Source: Chloroflexota bacterium (lineage in GTDB: Bacteria; Chloroflexota; Dehalococcoidia; Lucifugimonadales; UBA2985). From it: a stretch of 64,000 bases of DNA. Within the stretch, counting starts at the first letter, position 1. Each line of letters begins with the position of its first letter. Of this stretch, positions 58,819 through 64,000 are shown in pieces. The position numbers and the translations under genes are program-made. Where the stretch lies: positions 207,457-271,456 of the forward strand of contig JAPPHY010000016.1 of the NCBI GenBank assembly GCA_028877205.1, read 5' to 3'. The notes beneath the pieces are model-generated. The model saw nothing but the letters and a program-made list of their open reading frames with translations. It searched no databases and had not been told where the DNA came from.

Positions 58819-59109
58819 ATGGATCCAGAGTTCATCACCAGCGCCGACTGGCGAGAGATCGGAAACCTGCTCCACTTTTACTGGTTTGTACTGCTTTTTG
58901 CAATCGGATTCGGCTTCAACTTCCTCATGGCGCACGCCATCATCCCTTCCCTCATTGGCACCAGGCACCTTCCGGAGGGCGTAGGCAAGTCCCGACGACT
59001 CTTCTACATGGGCGCACTTGTGTCCCTGGGTCTCGTCCTCTTCTTCCTGCTGAGAATCGTGCAGGAGGCCCACATCCTGAAGTCCGTATGGGAGCGCTGG
59101 TGGATCTGA
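58819..59109 (+). CDS. hypothetical two-TM membrane protein (96 aa)
   Basis: It has coding-like third-position GC bias and two hydrophobic helices. It sits immediately upstream of the pentaheme cytochrome gene. The RBS is weak. Confidence 0.5.
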   Translation: MDPEFITSADWREIGNLLHFYWFVLLFAIGFGFNFLMAHAIIPSLIGTRHLPEGVGKSRRLFYMGALVSLGLVLFFLLRIVQEAHILKSVWERWWI

Positions 59110-59184
59110 TGCCGGGCACCCTGCCGGCTTCGGTGACACCGAGTGACCACTGACATACGACACGGAAGCAGAAGCTAAGCATCG

Positions 59185-59856
59185 ATGATAAGAATTGCTG
59201 CACTTATAGCGTTGCTGGGAGGCCTGGCGGCCGGGGGCCTCGTTACGACGATAGTTTTGATATTCGTCCTGCGCGCATGGTGGAGCACTCCCTTCGAGGT
59301 GCTCGGATTCGGCGGCCCGCCTGAGCAGCCAATTCCATTCCCCCACGGCGTGCACGCGGGCGTCGGCGATCTCCTCGACGAGGACGGCAACGTCGTGACC
59401 TACGCGGATGGGCAACCCAAGACTGCCCTCGGCCTCGACTGCACCTACTGCCACCGCAATGTGGACAAGGGCGCGTCCGCCTCCGTCCCGCCGGTCGAGC
59501 AGTGCATCTTCTGTCACAAGGCGGTACAGGAGGGAGAAGACAACCCCTTGCCGGGCTTGGCCAACCTCATCAGCGCATGGGAGAACAAGGAGCCAGTGGT
59601 GTGGGAACGGGTGCACAGACTGCCGGACAGTGTCCGGTTTGTGCATGAGGCCCACATTCGGTACTTCACACAGCCGGGCAACCTGTTGCCGTCGGGGGAG
59701 CAGGCCACGGTGGCCGCCAACACGTGCTCCACGTGCCACGGCGACGTGGCCGCAATGGCGGAGGTCAAGCAGGTGAGAAGCCTCAAGATGGGCGACTGCC
59801 TGGACTGCCACAGGGATTACTCAGCCCCTACAGACTGCACTACGTGTCACTACTAA
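59185..59856 (+). CDS. actA: membrane-anchored pentaheme cytochrome c (ActA-like)
   Basis: N-terminal TM helix and five CxxCH motifs (CTYCH, CIFCH, CSTCH, CLDCH, CTTCH). Confidence 0.8.
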   Translation: MIRIAALIALLGGLAAGGLVTTIVLIFVLRAWWSTPFEVLGFGGPPEQPIPFPHGVHAGVGDLLDEDGNVVTYADGQPKTALGLDCTYCHRNVDKGASASVPPVEQCIFCHKAVQEGEDNPLPGLANLISAWENKEPVVWERVHRLPDSVRFVHEAHIRYFTQPGNLLPSGEQATVAANTCSTCHGDVAAMAEVKQVRSLKMGDCLDCHRDYSAPTDCTTCHY

Positions 59857-59871
59857 GGATTGCCTAGAGTC

Positions 59872-62130
59872 ATGGGAATCACCAGAAGACAGTTCCTCAA
59901 GTGGTCAGGAGTCTCGGCCGTAGGGGCCGTAGCCTTCAACGGATGTCTCATACCGGAACAGGAGCTCCAGATAGAGAGCCCCGTCTTCCTGCCCGAGGAC
60001 CTGGTCAACGGCATAGACAACTGGTATGCCACGCTCTGCCGGATGGACCCGGAGGGCTGCGGCATCATCATCCGCGTTGTGGAAGGCCGAGCCAAGAAGG
60101 TTGAAGGCAACCCGGACTACCCGATCAACCAGGGCAAGCACCACGCCCGAAGCGAGGCGGGGCTGCAGGCTCTGTACCACCCGGACCGCATCAGCGAGCC
60201 TCTCGCCCGCGAAGGGGACGCTCACGTGCCCATCTCGTGGGACGAGGCGCGCAGGCGCATCGTCGACCGCATGGCCGGCATGTCGGACAGGAGCAAGTTC
60301 CTCCTGGTGACGCAGCCGTTGCGCGGTCACCAGGCATTGCTCGCCAGCGAGTTCGTGAAGGCATACGGCGGCAGATCTATGGCGTACGAGACGCTCGAGC
60401 AGGTGACGCTACGCCGGTCCATTCTCGAAGTGTTCGGACAGGAGAGGCTCCCCGTATTTGACATCCAGGCGTGCAAGTACCTGCTGTCGTTCGGAGCGGA
60501 CTTCCTGTCCACGTGGGTTTCGCCGGTGAAGTACTCGCGTGGGTACGGCGAGCTGCGACAGGGCAGCTCCCGGCGCGGGTTGCACGTTCAGGTCGACCCG
60601 CGCTTCTCCATGACGGCAGCCAACGCTGACGAGTGGGTGCCCGTCAAGCCCGGCGGCGAGGGCGTTCTCGCTATGAGCATGGCCTACGTGATCATGCGGG
60701 ACGGCCTGGGAGACCAGGCGGCCGCAGACGCCCTAACAGGAGGCGGTGGCCACGAGGCTCTCTCGGCATTCAGCCCGGACAGCCAGCAGGTGCGCGACGC
60801 CACCGGCGTGGAGGCCGGCCGCATCAAGGAGCTAGCGCATGCATTCGCCGATCCACGCAACCGGCCGGTCATGGCCATCGGCGGCGGCTCCGCAGGCGCC
60901 CACACTAGCGGCCTGTTCAACCTGCGTGCAATCTACTCCCTCAACGTGCTCGTGGGCAGCGTCAACACCCCGGGCGGCATCCAGTTCAACCCGCCGCCTC
61001 CGCTGCCGGAGCTTTCAACAACCGACGTGATGGCGATGGGCGTACCCGCATCCTACCGCGAGTGGAAGGAGATGGATCGCCCACAGGTGCTCATGATCCG
61101 GGGAGTCAACCCCGTCCACGGACTGCCCGCGGATGCCAACTTCCGCGCAGCGGTGGAGGGCGCAGAATTCGTGGTGGCATTCTCAAGCTTCATGGACGAG
61201 ACCACGGCAATGGCCGACCTCGTTCTACCAGAGCACACCTACCTGGAGGACTGGGGCGACGACGTACCGGATCCCGGACCCGGCTACCAGGTCATAGGCT
61301 TCCAGCAGCCGGTCGTAAGCCCCTTCCACGCCGGGACTCGCGGCTTCGCCGACGAGCTGATGGCCCTGGGCAGGGCGCTTGGCCTGGACCTTGACTCCAG
61401 GCTTGGCCTGGCAAACGTGACCGATCCGACGATGGAAGACTTGCTCAAGAGCGGCGCGGAGAAGCTGTGGGAGGTGGATCGCGGCTCGGTAAGGGCATCA
61501 TCGTTCGATGGCTTCTGGAACGGCGTGCTGCAGAGGGGCGGCTGGTGGGACACCGGAACAGTCGACAACAGCGGCATCAGGAACATCTCGCCTTTGGACA
61601 CGGCCTGGCCGGACATCTCAATCAGCGACGCTCCTGGCGGGCGGGCCTTCAACCTGGTCCCGTTCGTGTCCAACTCGATTGGCGACGGCCACCTAGCACA
61701 CCTGCCGTGGCTGCAGGCAACGCCTGACCCGATCACGACCATCGTATGGCACACGTGGGTGGAGATGAACACCCGAACAGCGGAGGAGATGGGGCTGAGC
61801 AAGGGAGACATGGTTGTGGTCACTGCGGAGGGTAACCGCACTGTGGAGGCGCCGGTTTACCCTCACCCTGCGGTACCGCCGGACACGGTGTCCATGCCCA
61901 TAGGCCAGGGCCATACGGCGTTTGGGCAGTATGCGGAGGGCGTGGGAGTGAACACCCTGTCGCTCTTGGCAGGGCTGACGGACTCCTCCACGGGCGCGCT
62001 GGCGTGGGCGGCCACACGAGTGCGCGTGGTGAAGTCGAACCTGAGCATTGACATACCAAGATTCGAGGGCAACCAGTTCGCCGAAGAGGCCGACGAACAG
62101 GCGATTATCAAGATTACCAAGCCGGAGTAG
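59872..62130 (+). CDS. actB1: Tat-exported molybdopterin-oxidoreductase-like subunit lacking the FS0 cysteine set (ActB1/QrcB-like)
   Basis: Tat signal MGITRRQFLKWSG. The position of the usual GxxCxKG motif reads NQGKHHARSEAG, and only 2 Cys occupy the N-terminal cluster region. Confidence 0.75.
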   Translation: MGITRRQFLKWSGVSAVGAVAFNGCLIPEQELQIESPVFLPEDLVNGIDNWYATLCRMDPEGCGIIIRVVEGRAKKVEGNPDYPINQGKHHARSEAGLQALYHPDRISEPLAREGDAHVPISWDEARRRIVDRMAGMSDRSKFLLVTQPLRGHQALLASEFVKAYGGRSMAYETLEQVTLRRSILEVFGQERLPVFDIQACKYLLSFGADFLSTWVSPVKYSRGYGELRQGSSRRGLHVQVDPRFSMTAANADEWVPVKPGGEGVLAMSMAYVIMRDGLGDQAAADALTGGGGHEALSAFSPDSQQVRDATGVEAGRIKELAHAFADPRNRPVMAIGGGSAGAHTSGLFNLRAIYSLNVLVGSVNTPGGIQFNPPPPLPELSTTDVMAMGVPASYREWKEMDRPQVLMIRGVNPVHGLPADANFRAAVEGAEFVVAFSSFMDETTAMADLVLPEHTYLEDWGDDVPDPGPGYQVIGFQQPVVSPFHAGTRGFADELMALGRALGLDLDSRLGLANVTDPTMEDLLKSGAEKLWEVDRGSVRASSFDGFWNGVLQRGGWWDTGTVDNSGIRNISPLDTAWPDISISDAPGGRAFNLVPFVSNSIGDGHLAHLPWLQATPDPITTIVWHTWVEMNTRTAEEMGLSKGDMVVVTAEGNRTVEAPVYPHPAVPPDTVSMPIGQGHTAFGQYAEGVGVNTLSLLAGLTDSSTGALAWAATRVRVVKSNLSIDIPRFEGNQFAEEADEQAIIKITKPE

Positions 62131-62164
62131 CAGTGCCGGAGCAGGGGACAAGCAGGAGAATGGC

Positions 62165-62932
62165 ATGACCACAAATCGAATTAGCCACAAGTGGGGGATG
62201 GTGGTTGACGTTGACCGCTGCACCGGCTGCCAGTCGTGCGTGGTGGCCTGCCAGGCGGAGAACAACATCCCCATCAACACGGAGGACGTGTTCCGGCAGC
62301 GACGCGCTATCCAGTGGATTCACGTGGAGCGGTACTGGGAGGGCGAGTTCCCGGATGTGAGGGCCCGCTTCATCCCCGTGTTCTGCCAGCACTGCGAGAA
62401 CGCCCCCTGCGAGCCGGTTTGCCCCGTGTACGCCACCTACCACAACAACCAGGGCATGAACGTGCAGGTCTACAATCGCTGTGTGGGAACCCGCTATTGC
62501 GCCAACAACTGCACCTACAACGTTCGATTCTTCAACTACTGGGAGCCGGTGTGGCCGGAGAGCCTCCGCAACCAGCTGAACCCGGACGTATCCATGCGAA
62601 GCCGAGGGATCATGGAGAAGTGCAGCTTCAACGTCCAGCGCCTGCAGAAGGCCCAGAGAGTCGTCGAGGGACAGCAGGGCGAGCGGCTCACGGACGAGAA
62701 GCTCAAGGAAGGCAACTATCTGCCGGCCTGCGTGCAGGCTTGCCCCACCAACGCGCTCGTGTTCGGCGACTTTCTGGACCCGGACAGCCAGGTGTCGCAC
62801 CTGAAGGAGGAGCACCTGGACGGGCACGGCAGGGGATACAAGATGCTGGAGCACGTGGGCACCGAGCCCAACGTTATCTACCTGAAGAAGGTGGACATCC
62901 ACGCCAAGGAAGTGGTCAAGGGCCATGCATGA
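62165..62932 (+). CDS. actB2: 4Fe-4S ferredoxin-type subunit (ActB2/QrcC/PsrB-like)
   Basis: Contains CTGCQSCVVAC, CQHCENAPCEPVCP, CVGTRYCANNC and CVQACP. ATG 62165 follows AGGAGA. Confidence 0.85.
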   Translation: MTTNRISHKWGMVVDVDRCTGCQSCVVACQAENNIPINTEDVFRQRRAIQWIHVERYWEGEFPDVRARFIPVFCQHCENAPCEPVCPVYATYHNNQGMNVQVYNRCVGTRYCANNCTYNVRFFNYWEPVWPESLRNQLNPDVSMRSRGIMEKCSFNVQRLQKAQRVVEGQQGERLTDEKLKEGNYLPACVQACPTNALVFGDFLDPDSQVSHLKEEHLDGHGRGYKMLEHVGTEPNVIYLKKVDIHAKEVVKGHA

Positions 62933-64000
62933 GCTTCACCATCCGCCGACCCCGGTCTACTGGGGGATGACGGCGCAGGAGCTGACCCAGGACGTGGTGC
63001 AGAGGCACGCGTCTCCGGGCCGCCAGTTCTGGGCGATAGCCGGAGTCCTGGCCGGACTCTTCGCGCTGGGCGTGATTGGCTTCATCCTGCTGCTGACGCA
63101 GCACGGAGTCGATAACCGCAGGGAGTGGGGGTACTTCGCGACAGCGTTCGCCTACATCTTCGTGACGGCCCAGTCGGCGGTGCTGGTCTCGGTTGCGCTG
63201 CGAATGGCCAAGGCTCACTGGCGCAGGCCGCTGGCCCGCATCTCCGAGATGTTCGCCGCCGTGGGCCTGTTCAACTTCCTCTTGCTCATTCCACTGCTGT
63301 GGGTCCTGCCCCCCACGGACGGACGGCGGAGCATCTGGTTCGACTGGCCGGGACGCAGCCCTCATCTGTGGGACACGATAGCGATGGGGACGCTGGTGGT
63401 GCTGGGACTGGCCATTCTGTACTTCGCTTCGATTCCGGACAGGGCCGCGGTGCGCGACCAAGCCGGCAGCGAGCCATCCACGAAGTGGCGCGGCAATGTG
63501 CAACAGTGGATAGTGCTCAACAGGGGACTGGCCGTGCTGGGCGGCTTCTACTTCATGCTCCTCATAGTTGTACACATGCTGATAAGCGTTGACTTCGCAA
63601 TGAGCCTGATTCCGGGTTGGAAGGACTCCATCTTCCCGGCCTTCCACGCGCTCAATGGACTGCAGTCGGGCGTGGCGCTCATTCTCGTAACGATGTTCAT
63701 ACTGCGCCAGACCACCGGGCTGAGGAAGTACCTGGAGGTGGACCAGTTCTGGGGCCTCAGCAAGCTCCTGCTGGCAATCTCGCTTCTGTGGTTCTACTTC
63801 TGGTGGTCCGGCTTCTTCGTCTACTGGTATGGCCGGACTCCGGCCGAGCAGGGCGTACTCAGGTACATCATGTTCGAGACGTACTGGGTGCCGTTCTTCC
63901 TGGCGTTCGTGATGTGCTTTGCGCTGCCGTTCTTCATCCTCATGTGGAACATAGTGCGCAAGACCACGTGGGGCCCGGCGCTCGCAGGCGCCATTGTGCT
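62925..64000 (+). CDS. actC: NrfD/PsrC-type polytopic membrane quinone-interacting subunit (ActC-like), 3' end truncated by the window
   Basis: Not in the ORF track because it has no stop in the window. Hand translation gives MHELHHPPTPVYWGM..WGYFATAFAYIF..FHALNGLQSG.. with multiple TM helices. The ATG overlaps the actB2 stop (ATGCATGA). Confidence 0.8.
   Translation, partial: MHELHHPPTPVYWGMTAQELTQDVVQRHASPGRQFWAIAGVLAGLFALGVIGFILLLTQHGVDNRREWGYFATAFAYIFVTAQSAVLVSVALRMAKAHWRRPLARISEMFAAVGLFNFLLLIPLLWVLPPTDGRRSIWFDWPGRSPHLWDTIAMGTLVVLGLAILYFASIPDRAAVRDQAGSEPSTKWRGNVQQWIVLNRGLAVLGGFYFMLLIVVHMLISVDFAMSLIPGWKDSIFPAFHALNGLQSGVALILVTMFILRQTTGLRKYLEVDQFWGLSKLLLAISLLWFYFWWSGFFVYWYGRTPAEQGVLRYIMFETYWVPFFLAFVMCFALPFFILMWNIVRKTTWGPALAGAIV

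Overview
High-GC (about 62-64% by eye) bacterial chromosomal segment. It is densely coded, with about 58 protein genes and one RNA gene, and I saw no rRNA, tRNA, CRISPR array, transposase or prophage. Gene content suggests an aerobic Chloroflexota-like organism (inference). The clues are a Chlor_Arch_YYY/DUF2298 protein next to a TIGR03663-like GT-C protein, an ACIII-type respiratory operon, an exonuclease-DinG fusion, a large Bacillus-type SRP RNA, and many extended -10 promoters. Housekeeping genes: uvrC, ispH, xerD-like, lgt, recJ, fabF, cca, ogg, dinG, ispE, rsmA, ffs, rnc, ftsY, mutS, mutL. Metabolic modules: a YvcK-like / SxtJ-like / carbamoyltransferase / DUF5989 module; two tandem DUF35 plus thiolase-like pairs; a tauE-cysH-sat sulfate assimilation operon; a fused FAD/Fe-S oxidase; an orphan NuoE/NuoF/FdhA-like module; and the start of an ACIII/Qrc-type operon that runs off the 3' end of the window. 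Most noteworthy observations: (1) a near-leaderless 16-codon Cys-containing sORF plus an intrinsic terminator ahead of the sulfate assimilation operon, a candidate cysteine attenuator; (2) a divergent DUF35/thiolase-like duplication whose expected catalytic residues appear replaced; (3) a five-gene envelope operon built around two large GT-C-like membrane proteins of unknown function; (4) recurring TGnTAnnAT extended -10 elements, several placed 6-8 nt from start codons, predicting leaderless uvrC, ftsY and a GTG-start gene between mutS and mutL; (5) ffs directly abutting rsmA-ispE; (6) two families of REP-like palindromic repeats at operon ends; (7) a 59-aa DUF5989-like ORF missing from the ORF track. 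All function calls come from by-eye motif recognition. No searches were run.
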